This document shows, one piece after another, positions 23,343 through 35,415 of a stretch of DNA of 64,000 nt. Within the stretch, counting starts at the first letter, position 1. Each line of letters begins with the position of its first letter. The position numbers were made by a program, and so were the translations under genes. Source of the DNA: Takakia lepidozioides (Eukaryota > Plantae > Bryophyta); NCBI GenBank assembly GCA_030704615.1, contig CM060734.1, positions 39,432,001 to 39,496,000 on the forward strand, given 5' to 3'. The notes beneath the pieces were generated by a model, which saw nothing but the letters and a program-made list of their open reading frames with translations, was not told the origin of the DNA and ran no database searches.

Positions 23343-25011
23343 ATGGCTGACGAGGAGGGGGAGATACTTCTAACCAAGATTGAGAAAGAGGTGGGTCAGC
23401 TATATACAGATCTAGGTAGTCCATTTCATAGGTAAAAAAGGTAGAAGGCAATGGTTAACAGGATGATCTCAACCTCGTCTATTCTGTCAACAAATGGCTT
23501 CAATTGATAATCGACTTGTGCAATGCAGCCATTTGTTTTTAAAGATTGATAAGAGCTAGTCATGAATGTGTTGTGGGAGATGCTGTTTGAGGTTCCCATC
23601 TACAATCTGCAAAGATTTGTTCTACTTCATTGAGCATGGATATCTGCATGAACTGAGTTTGAACCGGTTCATCTGCGACACAGGTACTCACGGTGGCTGG
23701 CCCCGATTTGCCTCCAGTAGATGTCAAAAACGGGAGGTTCCCATGCTGCCTAGTGTGGGTGCCACTGCCAGTGGTTGCTTGGCTGGCGCCCTTTGTAGGC
23801 CATGTGGGGATCTGTCGAGAAGATGGGGTCATCCTGGACTTTGCTGGGCCCTACTTTGTGAACCTTGACAATTTTATGTTTGGGTCTCCGGCAAAATACG
23901 TGTCCCTCAAGCGCAGCAAGGTGATTTTTCCTTTTCACACCTAAGCAGTTACATTATGGTAGTGAGACTTTCCCGTGGCTATAACTGTGGAACCTCTGCA
24001 GGTTGTCAGGTGAAATTTAAAATGTATTTGGCCTAAGACTATTATGACCTTTCCACTCTTGTCACATACTGGTGCTGTCTCAGACGTAGGGCTTGATCAA
24101 CTAATTTCACATTCAGAAGTGCTTTTGTAGGTCCAACTCTTTCTTCTTTTAGAGGGTTCCCTGGCAGTACTGTCCTGTCCTCCATATTATAGCATATCCA
24201 TGCAATATCACCCATGTGATGTGACTTGAACTGGTTCCACCTAAATGGAGTACTGCGCGGTACTTATTTGGGAAGTATGAGGTACTCTACATTACAATTT
24301 GGGGGCAAACGGAGTCCGGGAGTTTAGCAATGGGGCACTGGGTCTCATTTGTGTCTAATATATCACTTAGGACTGAAAGCGTGTGGAAGATGGTTGCCAG
24401 ATCTGTTTCAAGAGTGTTGCATTCTGAGAGTTTTGATCTCACCTGAAAAATTTCAAATGTCATTTTTTTGTTCCAACCTTAATGAAAAGGTTTACAGGGC
24501 ACCTTCAAGATTCAGGCTTGGACTGAGGGACCTGAAGAGAAACTAAGAGGAGGTATGTATAATGACGAGTTGGATGTTTGGATGGCAGTGCTGCTTCCCA
24601 CCACACCGTGCAGGACATACATGCCTGGACAGCAACTCACATGCAGAAAGGGGAACTGCCATATCTTGGGATGATGGGCTGCATACTACAATGCAGACAT
24701 TCCAGCACAAAACTTACAACTTCTTTACTTGTAACTGTCATTCGTTTGTGGCCAACTGCCTCAACAGATTGGCATATGGGGGTTCTGTGGAATGGAACCT
24801 TGTCCAGATAATATTTCTGGTACTCCTAAAAGGTCAGTTCGTAAACTTCTGGGGATTTGTGCGTGCATATGGGCCCTTTGTCTTGGTTATGTCTGTTGGA
24901 CTCTCTGTGGCAGGGTGGCCATTTTTCATCGGGTGGGCTGTTTTCACGTTGCTTCTGGTGATTTGGTTTTACAGTGGAACATACTGCCTGGGAGGCTGTA
25001 TTGAATGCTAG
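23343..25011 (+). CDS. RTE1: REVERSION-TO-ETHYLENE SENSITIVITY1-like (TMEM222/DUF778) protein; exons 23343-23390, 23684-23920, 24589-25011
   Basis: [42 protein letters not shown] and [19 protein letters not shown], plus C-terminal TM helices. Phase-0 GT-AG junctions join in frame. Confidence 0.93.
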
Positions 25012-25841
25012 TCTTACTCAACTGCCCATGTTGCAAGCCATGACTTTAAAAGAGTGGAGAGGCAACATCTACATTCTATGCTGGAAATTGGGGGACTTCA
25101 CTTGGTTCATCACTTTAGAAACAGGGATTGTTTGTATCTTGACAGGTATCAATGAACAACAGAATTGTAGCTGGATTAGTGTGCTAGTGATGATTTTCTC
25201 TCCAGTGACACCTTGACCAAAGGTTGGGTGTCAACGACAAAGGCATACAGAGGTTTCTCCTCACTGGCACCATACAGTGGTGCTAACTTTTCAAACTGTG
25301 AGTTAATTAGTGTTAATTGTTTTGTGTATCAAATGATTTCCTTTGTACATTGTGCAATTGTCTAAGAAGTTAGTCTTCCAAATTATGTATTTTCTTTGGT
25401 AATTGTTTCAATGTGGGAGGAGTGTCCCCACAAACCAAAGTCGTCTGGGCCAACTGTAGCTAGCCTTCCTTGAAGTGGAGTTTCACATGTGATCCTGATG
25501 GGATTTGTCCACATTTTTTCCTGTATTTATATCTAGCCTACTTACAGATCTTGAAGCAGACATGGTGTTAATATTTTCAGGGTTTTATATCCTGATCAAC
25601 TTAGTCATTTGCTAACAAAAGAATTTGTTAAATTCTTTTGGCCTTTTTGTACACCTACTCATATAATTCCAATTTAACTTGTGTATGTAATGTTAGGTGA
25701 TGAGAGAGCTGGCTATTTAGAGTCAATGTGACAAAGCTTGAGGTTGCCTTGAGGAAAGCTCCCGGCAAAGCTTAGATAGACAATAGAAAGAGGATAGCCA
25801 TGTGAATTTATGTCTTGGTCCAAACAAGAGAATGGGAATGG

Positions 25842-28800
25842 CTAGCCACCAACGCAAAGAAACGACAAGACCAATTGAGCTGCCTTTTTTGCAACCCCAG
25901 GCTCGCCCAGTAGCGTGCGGAGATCGTGATACCCTTCCAATACCCTTTCCCTACACACACAATCTGTTGTTGGCAACAGATCAAATGCAGCTTCTGCCAC
26001 CTTCACTGCATCAGCATCCTCTTGGATAAATTCTGGTACCACCTGCACAGATTAAAGCAAGGTCCTTGAGAAAATTTACAAATCCCACATAGAGGGTTGC
26101 AGTTGCTGGAGTCAAAATCTTTCTATTTTGGGCTTCAATTCAATAGTAAATGTCATGTACAAATTGATATTTGTGTGCAAGGGCTCAGGGAGAGTAGTTT
26201 TGTAGATGTGAAGACAAAGAGGGTAAGAACAAGCCAGCTTGATGCCATAATCATCCCCAAAGCCAGGTTTCAAATATGGATTATTAATGTGAGGCAGATA
26301 CCTGACGGTCCAGAATGAGGTTCACAAGAGAGACATGCTTCACTGAGAACTTTAGAATATTGATTGCAATCCAGGCTGTTGCTGCATCAATTTTGTAGAT
26401 CACTACTTGGGGTACCTGGGTGCCAAATTAAATCATTAATTGCAACAACAAACCAAAACATAATCCAGGACATGTATGGTGGAGAACTGTGAACTGACCT
26501 CAAAGGCCCGCCCAACTCACCATGACACTCCCAATTTGTCCCTAAAACCAAAAGGGTTGCAAAGGCAATTTAGACCCCTCTGGAACACTATAAACTTATC
26601 CAAAAACTCTGACAAATTAGGACAAGGTAGCCAACATCATGAGGAATGTCCCCATTCCTGTAGAATTTGGTTTCAGTTAGCTTAGCCATTTAGGAATTTT
26701 TCATTCAGATTTGTGAATTTTTTTTTTTCCGACTATTCGGCATTGTGCCTTCCTGGTCTTCTACCAAGGAGATGATTCTGTTTACCTGAATATCTCAGGA
26801 GGTCAGCTACCTCACCCCATCAAATGCCCTCAACACCCTATATGCGGAGAATAACTGCAGGAACAATTCTGGTTGGAAAAGGGTTCCTTGGCAGAAATAA
26901 CTCCTTACTCTTTTACAAAGGAATGCTTCACAGCAAAAAGATTACAGAGAAAAATTTCTGAACTGCGAACTTTCTCTTTTACCTAAAATGCACCATAAAT
27001 ATACAATCAACTCACATTGAAGAGAGCCAGCTCCAGATTCACACTACCAGATTTTGTGATAGCAAGGTCTGCTGCTGCCATGACCGTGTGTGAGTCGCCC
27101 TGCATGTACACCATCAGATTCACCAACTAACATATCAACCAACATCCCTATCTGTACTGCTTCCATTATTGTCCCCACCTACATCCTTGGCTAATGTCTC
27201 TGAACTAGAAACCTTCAGGCTCTCACATCAGGTAAGAATCTGTAGTGATCAAGATTCTGATGACAGTTATTTATGCCGATCAGATATCAGTGAGGCAAAG
27301 TTATCTGGGGCTGGAGGAAGTCATGTTTCTTCCTTCTGTTTGTTAAAATTATAAACTTCGTAATCTCCAGAATAAGCTGTGGAAATACAACAAGGAAGAC
27401 TAGTAGATAAAATTGTCAGCTCTGCAGTATGGTCCTGTGGTGCACAGGGCTACAAAGTTTACTATGCATACACCCAATCTTAGGGTCTTATCCTATCCAC
27501 TTACTAGATGTTTATATCAAGGTAAGTCCCCACTACTGGAGTGAGCCCTTCACAAAGGTAGTGTCTGCTCCACCCTAACTGGGCACGGGGTCTACGGCCA
27601 CAAGGCTACAGCAAATAATAGCTAACGAGGACATTCCTACCCACTTACAGATTGATCTCAAGCAACAGAAGAAAGAATGAGATGTGGGACATACATGCCA
27701 AAGCTGAGCATACCCTGCTAAGCCATATTCCTGGAACCCTTCCTCAATAGTTTGACTTTGGCCCGGCAAGATTGATGGGACAATTAAGTGCATTTTCCCC
27801 CTGATTTGCAACAAAGTCACACCTAAATATAAGTACATTTCAGTTGTTTCTGACAGACAAAAAGAAAAACCTGCCTACTGGAGCCGAGTGACCAATGTGT
27901 CTCCTCTCTACATAGAGCCACTGGTTTCCATCTTTAAGCTTGGCCTCCAGTGCATGGTTGTGAAAATGACTTGGCAAAACCCTAGCAATCATGAAAGCAT
28001 AACATTAAGGCTAGCCTAGGATGATGTCCATCACAGTGACTCATCTCACCCTATCCAAATGAACACAAAAGTAGAAAAGCAGTAAATAAGCTCAACTACC
28101 TTTGGAGCGTGAGGGACTCGACTTTGTCTAGAAGGTGGCGAGCTGCTGAGGCTATGATGGGCCACACGTGTCTAAGCTCTTGGGCCCGTGAAGCTGGCAG
28201 CAATGCCACAACTATATCCTCCTCTCTAACTCCCAGTAATCTCTTTGCCTGAATCACCCAAGAAGTACATAAGTCCATGATAATAGACTGTCAGACAGCC
28301 CTTGGAAGGGGTACATGAAGTTCTGCATTTGCAGATGAGATTGCACACATTATTTAGCTCTACTTAACCAGAAGGTCTAGTGTAGAGTTATAAGGAGGGA
28401 AATATAGTACTAGACCTCTTGGGGGTTGAGTGCAACTAAATCCGTCAAGGGATGGCCCACTTGCATAACGCAGCCCCCTGCCTTCTGGTAGTACTCTGCC
28501 TGGTCCACATATCAACCTTCTCCGTCAGCTCTCTCTCTCCCTCTCTCTCTCTTTTATGAAGATCAGAAGTGCCTGGCAGCTTACCTCCATGAGGCACTCA
28601 CCCTTAGACAATCACTCAAACAATAGTTTTTATCTCTAGCTCTGGTTTTTGTTTCCTCTCTCATGTTTTCTTCCATTTTGTCCCATAAGCTCTATGAGCT
28701 TCCCGCGGACGTTATAAAGCACCATTTCATTTCTCTCTTTCTTGTCTTTCTTCTCTAAAGTACCATTTCATTTCATTTCTCTTAAAAGGAGAAACTTGAT

Positions 28801-31800
28801 AGTCTATTTTGTTCTACTGTGGATTATCCTTTCTTATGCCAGAGTGGAATTAGGGCTTTGTGTCTTATGGCATGTGAAGACGACCAGCGCATACAGCTGC
28901 CACTTTGCAGACAGGCTTGATTTACCCTAAATATTCAATGCTGGGAAGTGAGCTGCAGCCTGAGAAATAGCAGACCAATGGCTACTATCAAAAGAGACTT
29001 TAATTCTAGAGCCCAGTCTTCCTGAGGTACCAGTTGTTAGCTTCAGCCGTGTTGAAAATTTCACGGCCCATTCCAACACAGACACTTCAAGTGGTTTTTG
29101 GGCCAAGCAATCTACTCCTTTGACTCCCTTGCACTTGTTTTTGTCTGAAATTAGAGAGTTGGATATGGAGTTGATTTGCAAATACGAAAGCTGCTTACTT
29201 GCAGGGAGCAACTAGTGTTATGGTGCCACTACCTATAAGAGGACTTCAGGAAAGAACAGCCAGTTGCCCCTCTCCAGGGAAACTTGGTAGAGGTGTTTGT
29301 TTGAAATTCATACAATACAATGCTGGTTGACATAGCAGCAATCTGCATTATACAGAGCTATCGCCAACTCTATCACAGTACAGCACTTCATGAAAACCAT
29401 AAGGATTCTGCCTACCTCAGTGGCAATCTTAGGACAGAAACCTGCATTTGATAATATACAGCTACCCCACCACCCACTGCAATCACCTCTATGGATATGG
29501 AGTCAATGCTAAGTCTGGCTCAGTGATGGTGCCTTCCTTGAAGGCTGTTGTTGTCAAAAAAAAATTTATCTAGTCTGGAATAAATAGATCCTTTCTAGTC
29601 AAGACAAGACAAGCCCTTCTCTCTCTGTTTCAGTTCTTCGTCCCTTGGCAAGTTTGCTTTGCACCTCCTGCGGACTTGATAAACTTCTTTCCTTCTTTCT
29701 TCCATTCTTTCTCTCTCTGCCCTCGGGGACATCACTCTAAACTGGAACCATGAGCCAACGGAGGCAATCCTGTGAGCTAGTAAGCAAATGTTACCACCAC
29801 CATAAGTTACAAGGATTGAACCAAGAGGTTGAAAGATGACCTACCTCACCAGGGTAGACGGACAGAATAGCGTCGCTCAGATCTATAATTGATTCAGTGC
29901 GTGCTGTGTTCCATAACCACTCGTTGGGGGGAATGTAATAGACCACTTTACACCCTGCATGTCAGAATACCTCATTTTATAAGCTTTAGAACTGTAGGCA
30001 CCATGTATTACTAAGCAAGACCAATAACAAGATGTCTATCATCTCACTCTCCAACTTCCAGGACTTCAGAGTATGTGAGCTCCACACTTGGACTCAGTTC
30101 AAAGACAGTCTTATCTTCAGTTCAATCTTATGACCAACTCTTACTAACTCCCTCCGTGTCCAGTTCCAAAAGCCAAATCACATGCTCTTGCTCAATCCCA
30201 TGGCCCTCCAAAAGGATCTAGCTCGGACACTGGGAAAATACCAGAATAAGTCCGCCATAAAACAGCAACATGTAACAACACTAGATTCAGTCATTCCTCT
30301 ACTTTGCACCTCACTCCACAAGATGGGGCAGGTTGGAGCATACCAAATCGCCTCTTGACAAACTGGCCAAGTGGTATGTTGACTCCTGGGTAGTCAATCA
30401 GCACCTGTCCAGTAAGCAACTTCTTTTAAGCCCTTTCAAGATTAGAGAATACATTGTCACATTGATAAACTCAAGTCAGATGCCAACACACAGCCCAGTT
30501 TCTATTGGCTTCAAATACTTGTAACGGAGTCCACCGAGCTGCCAAAGGAAGCAATGCCATGCCAAAACTGGTACATAGTGACCTCAAAAGATCACTGTGT
30601 GGTGAGAACAAAAGAGGCGTAGACCTGCTTCTGCTGATAACCTGTGCTCCCTCGGCATACTCAATAGAGGAACTTGGTTTACTTGCACACGCGCTTAACA
30701 CTTCCAACAATCCATCTTCTCTATGACAAGTACACTACCTTTTTGGAGATCTCTCTTTGACAAGATTCTGTAACATTCAATTATATGTCAAGTTTTGACA
30801 ATGAGCCCTGTTAGCATACAATATTGGTATTGCTCTGACAGCTCTTAGGAAGCGGGGGGGGGAGACACATACAACCCAAGTGCAGAGGAATACATCCACA
30901 AGAGGTCCAGAGAGAAAGAGAGACCACAATATCTGGAGTGTTTTTCTTCAGGAATGCATGTACACCCAGTTGAAGGCGGATGGAGGGCAAAAGCAGAGGC
31001 AGTGCTTCTAAGAGACCAATGGAGCTTAACCCTGTGTTGTCCCCTGCGCATTGGCAGCCCACCGAAAACAATCTGAGTACACATTTGCATGGTTGTCAAG
31101 GGCTGCGGGCTGAATGGATACAAAAATACCTCAAGAGAAGGAGAGAAGCCACTGAAAGACGGATTGTGAGGGGAGGGATGGACGGAGGGAGAGGGTGTAG
31201 TCCCCACCACTGACCAATGAGGACAGCCCCAGCCTCCTTCATCCGTTGTCCACCAAGCGCATAGACTTCGACCCCCATGCCCTGTCCTCGAGATACCTCA
31301 ATAATTTCACGTACAAGAGCAGCCCCATGCATATCTCCCATCACATCCCCGGTACTAATCTGCAATCAAAATGCACCAGGCATTAGGCACTGTCGGTCTC
31401 TTGTGTCTTTGTGCAATTGAAACTGAATAACTAGCATTTGTGGCGTTCACAATTGAATTATTTTATAAAACACTCAAGCAAAGCAACATTTTTCAAAAGA
31501 TTGCGTTCGCCCATAGAAAACGATTTGAACATGTTTCTCAAGATGACCTCTGAAATGAAGGGGGCATAGTGTAAGGGAGTATCATAAGTGGCATGCTATT
31601 CTGATAGAGATGTGGGCAGTAAACCTTGAGTAGCTTCCGAATGGGTGATGATGGTGGGGTCTCTCAACCATAGGCAGCCTGTAACCCGTTTGCAAATTGA
31701 CATTATTCTAACGCCACAAGCTTGCAGAAGGAATAGACCAAATAAGAGAGTATACCACAATACGAAAGGGTCTTTTCTGTGAGTGCCCAGATACTGCATT

Positions 31801-32034
31801 GGTAATCGGATAATGTTCCTGGACACACGATACATGCAAACATCCTCTGCATTTGTTCTTGCGGGTAGCAGCAACCCCTTTCCAGTAACAGGTTTTGATG
31901 GATCCCTCGCACCTTACAGGCCTCAGCTGAAGATTTGACTTATAACCTTCGCGAAAGCCTTGCAAAACGATCGACTCGTTTATGGGTTCTGGATGGGTGT
32001 TAACAGAGGTTGTTCCTGCCATACACAACGACAT
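25842..32034 (-). CDS. lpxB: Lipid-A-disaccharide synthase (GT19); exons 32034-31756, 31359-31215, 31043-30925, 30404-30344, 29954-29845, 28499-28416, 28248-28100, 27800-27695, 27099-27016, 26415-26302, 26042-25842
   Basis: Spliced product contains RIVISTGDVMGDMHG, ALGGQRM, SIGLLEALP, VLIDYPGVNI, YYIPPNEWLW, VGHPL, ALLPASRAQE, AADLAITKSGSVNLELAL, VPQVVIYK, SLVNLIL and VVPEFIQ. All junctions are GT-AG with consistent phases. About 90-aa N-terminal extension. Confidence 0.93.
27431..27620 (+). mobile_element. SINE-like dispersed repeat in an lpxB intron
   Basis: gtttatatcaaggtaa..cacta..gagtgagccc.tcacaaa..gggtcta.ggccacaag.ctac is shared with copies in the pyruvate kinase intron (~49138-49290 and ~49470-49675), which carry an A-box-like TGGCCCAGCTGG. 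Confidence 0.55.
28550..28785 (+). mobile_element. 5'-truncated 3' end of an RTE-like LINE, inverted relative to the 32790-33400 copy
   Basis: FYEDQKCLAAYLHEAL...*, then a 3'UTR ...aagctctatgagctt.ccgcggacgttataaagcaccattt and CATTT repeats. Confidence 0.8.
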
Positions 32035-32789
32035 GACCTCCCTTTCTTTCTTCCAAATGTCCAGTCTCTTTGTGCATATGTCGTCCTGCGTGTCGTGCCA
32101 AGTCTAAACAGTTCGCAGGCAATACCCCCGGTCAATCCCGCACGCTACCCCGCTCCCTCGCCCGACACGGCTGCTTGTGCCAGGTGAGATGAAAATTCTC
32201 GAAGTACAAGTCCGGACACTCTCACCCAAAAACGGGTGTTCAACCTCAGGTTGAGGCCTAATGTTCTGGACTGCTCCTCTGCATGTTTCATTGCAGGGAA
32301 ACGGATGTATCCCAATGTCAACGACGGCCTTAAAACAGTCCAAAGAGACAGCAAACCTGTCACGGGACTAGCTCCAACTATTTGCGAACCTGGTGAAAAT
32401 TGGTGTCTAGGGCAAGAGTCAGTGTCATCTACAATTCCAACCATCATTACAACTCCAAAATTCTAGGGGGCATATGTGCTCAATACCCAACTCGGTGCAC
32501 AGAATGTACTCATACGACGTTGTTTGCCGTAGCCTTGTGGCCATTCACCCCGCGCCCAGTTTACGAAGGGACAGAAACTACCTTTGTCAGCGGTAGTATG
32601 ACTTACTTACCTTGAAACAGACAACTCATCCCAGTTCTCCAGATACCCTCTAGAAATCCCTTCACATAAACGTCAATTTGCTGTGTGCGATTTGCCCAAT
32701 AACTAGACCCCAAAAGGGCCAGGGCCCGAGCTTTTGGCTCGGCCTCCAGATTTTCAAAGTTGGAAACTCACCTAGAGATGCAAAGAAAA

Positions 32790-33400
32790 GAAATGGTGCT
32801 TTATAACGTCCGCGGAAAGCTCATAGAGCTTAAGAAAACATGAGAGAGGAAACAAAACCAGAGCCAAAGATAAAAACTATTGCTCGACTGATTGTCTAAA
32901 GGTGAGTGCCTCGTGCAGGTAAGCTGCCAAGCATTTCTGATCTTCATAGTGGAAGACTTCAGTGAGAGATTGGGTTCCACGGAATAGACAGTGGAATCTC
33001 CCACGGATCTCATAGTATAGAGGGCAAGAGAAGAAGAAGTGTTCAATTTCAATTTCCCGGCTGCGCCCTGTGCAAGCTGGACATAGGAGGTCCTCCCGTT
33101 GCAGGTTTCCCCATCGTTGTGGGAGCCCACCCTGAACCGCCCCAATGCCCTCATGAGAGAAGAAGATACAGATACCGAAAGGTAATTGGGCCTTAAGATT
33201 CTATCATCTCCGAGAACCAAGAATGTCTCTCGATAGAAGTGGAGCTTTGTCGTTGAGATTGGGTAGCTTCCAAGTTCTCTTGACATGTAGGTCCATAAGC
33301 TCCCTTCTCATGAGTTTGTTGCGGTTGAGAGAAGGTTAGTTTCAAAAGAGTGTGGACGCTGCAGATGAGTATATCAGCACATTCCATTGTCTATGGCCTG
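32790..33400 (-). mobile_element. RTE/RTE-X-like LINE C-terminal fragment
   Basis: RALGRFRVGSH, then a frameshift to LCPACTGRSREIEIEHFFFSCPLYYEIRGRFHCLF...YEDQKCLAAYLHEAL. Same 3'UTR as the 28550 copy. Confidence 0.75.
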
Positions 33401-33554
33401 TACCTATTCTTCTTCTGTCAGCAAGCCGTCATCAGAATCTACAGTACCGCGCATCCTCAGAATTTCTGTTTAAGTTGGATTCTTTAAGCGACTAATGCAA
33501 CATGTGATTGAGGAATAGTTCTTTAAACTTTTTCTCCTTGAGGCCCAACGGGAA

Positions 33555-33615
33555 GGACGTGGCAACGTGACATCGACATCGCGAGTGGCACGTCGGGCAT
33601 GCCATGGCACGTCCC
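33555..33615. promoter_or_regulatory. ACGT-core (ABRE/G-box-like) cluster upstream of the GT4 gene
   Basis: GACGTGGC, AACGTGAC and two GCACGTC within 60 bp, 230-290 bp upstream of ATG 33847. Confidence 0.4.
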
Positions 33616-33846
33616 ATGTAAATTCAAAGCACGGCGCGCGTGCGAGAGAGAGAGAGACACACACACAGAAGAGAGGGCGGACAAGTTTCTTGGCGTGTGA
33701 CAGTCTCGGTGTTTGCAGAAGGAGAAACTTCACTCCCGCGCGTCTCCCCGAGCCTGCGCCGAGGCTCGCGCCTTCATGAGGCGAGCGACCGAAGCACTGG
33801 ACGAAGCAAAACCCAAGGCAGGAGGGGAGCGCCGAAGGGAGGAGGA

Positions 33847-35415
33847 ATGCTGCAGCGCAGGCAGGGCATGCAGAGCAGCGAGGAGGTGAAGGAGATGGGG
33901 ACGGGGTTGAAGGAAGGGGGAGCGGGGCGATGGCGGGGAGGCAAGGGATTTGGGATTTCGTGGCAGTGTGCGTGGGCCGTGGTGATGGCGGGTGGGCTGT
34001 TGATGTACTCGCTGGCAATTCTGGGGACGCCATGCTCGCTTCAGGGGTTGGTGGGGAGTAAGATGATGGAGCGGGAGGAGGGGTTGTTGGCGTGGTCTGG
34101 GGATTTGAGGGAGCTGGAGACGGCGTGGAATCGGCTGTGCTACGGTCCCCCTCCCGAGTTGATGAATATTGCTTTATTTGTGAAGAAGTGGCCTGTGGGA
34201 GGGACCCCTGGAGGGCTGGAACGGCATGCCATGACGCTGCACAAGGTTCTGGCCGATCGAGGTCACAGCGTGCATGTGTTCACCATGTCGGCGGAGGGAG
34301 GCAGCCCCGAGGACAAGGTGGAAGGGAACCTGCATATTCATTTCTCCAAGCCGAATCCCAGTGGGGGATTTGATTACAGCGAAGCCTGGGAGAGATTTGC
34401 TAGGATGAATGCGAGCAATCCTTTCCACATTGTCCACTCGGAGAGCGTTGCACTGCCCCATTGGCGGGCGCGGGATGTTCCGAACATGGCAGCTTCCTGG
34501 CATGGCATTGCGTTTGAGGTGATTCACAGTGACATTGTCCAAGACCTGATTCGGAAGCCTGGGGAACCCCGCAGTGCCGAATTGCAGCAGAGCATGACTG
34601 GTCGGCTGGCGCGTGTGGCGGACGAGGTGAGATTCTTCCGCGGCTACAGACATCACGTGGCCACCAGTGATTATGTGGGCGATGTTCTGCGCACAATTTA
34701 CGAGCTGCCGTTGGAGAATGTCCACACAATCCTCAATGGCGTTGATGAGGTCAAATTCCGTCCTGATCCAGTCAGGGGTGCTGCTTTTCGGGCCAAGTAT
34801 GGGGTGCCGGCCAATGCGAGCCTTGTGATTGGAGCGGCCGGTAGGTTGGTCCGAGACAAGGGGCATCCCCTGCTATTTGAAGCATTTTCAGAAATTTTGA
34901 AGAAGCACAAAGATGTATACTTGCTAATTGCAGGGAGCGGGCCGTGGGGCGACCGATATGAGGAACTTTCTCCCAATGCCAAGACTGTAGGCCCCCTGAC
35001 TCCAGTGCAACTTGCAGAGTTTTACAATGCACTTGACATATTTGTAAACCCAACTCTGCGGTCACAAGGCCTAGATCATACCTTGTTGGAGGCAATGCAA
35101 TGTGGCAAGCCACTACTGGCAACACGCTTTTCCAGCATCACCTGGAGTGTCATCACCAACAAAGACTTTGGCTACACTTTCTCTCCGAATGTGGAATCCC
35201 TTATCAAAGCTCTGGAATCTGTAATCCACGACGGCAAAGAGACCTTGCGAATCAAGGGGCAATCATGCCTCCAATATGCATCCTACATGTTCACAGCCAC
35301 CAAGATGGGATCTGGCTATGAGCGCCTCTTCCTTTGTATGAAGAATTCAACCTACTGCCAGTACCCCCTTCTCACTGATTGCTCTGTTCAGAAGAGTAAA
35401 TACTTCAAGCTGTAA
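33847..35415 (+). CDS. Glycosyltransferase family 4 (GT-B fold), intronless, with N-terminal membrane anchor
   Basis: PGGLERHAMTLHKVLADRGHSVHVFT, ILNGVD, AGRLVRDKGHPLL, DIFVNPTLRSQGLDHTLLEAMQCGKP. First in-frame ATG is 33847 within ORF 33640-35415. Confidence 0.93.
   Translation: MLQRRQGMQSSEEVKEMGTGLKEGGAGRWRGGKGFGISWQCAWAVVMAGGLLMYSLAILGTPCSLQGLVGSKMMEREEGLLAWSGDLRELETAWNRLCYGPPPELMNIALFVKKWPVGGTPGGLERHAMTLHKVLADRGHSVHVFTMSAEGGSPEDKVEGNLHIHFSKPNPSGGFDYSEAWERFARMNASNPFHIVHSESVALPHWRARDVPNMAASWHGIAFEVIHSDIVQDLIRKPGEPRSAELQQSMTGRLARVADEVRFFRGYRHHVATSDYVGDVLRTIYELPLENVHTILNGVDEVKFRPDPVRGAAFRAKYGVPANASLVIGAAGRLVRDKGHPLLFEAFSEILKKHKDVYLLIAGSGPWGDRYEELSPNAKTVGPLTPVQLAEFYNALDIFVNPTLRSQGLDHTLLEAMQCGKPLLATRFSSITWSVITNKDFGYTFSPNVESLIKALESVIHDGKETLRIKGQSCLQYASYMFTATKMGSGYERLFLCMKNSTYCQYPLLTDCSVQKSKYFKL

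Noticed and set aside
24517-24535. miR319-like sequence cttggactgaggga
   Set aside because: Only a partial match to the mature miRNA, and no convincing precursor hairpin.
28900-30330. Extra lpxB exons or a nested gene in the long introns (also 22640-23100 and 26750-26970)
   Set aside because: The lpxB and RTE1 models are complete without them. The faint traces look like heavily decayed LINE linker sequence and are too weak to call.
25842-32034. lpxB as bacterial contamination or very recent HGT
   Set aside because: It has ten spliceosomal introns containing plant TEs and is flanked by plant genes.
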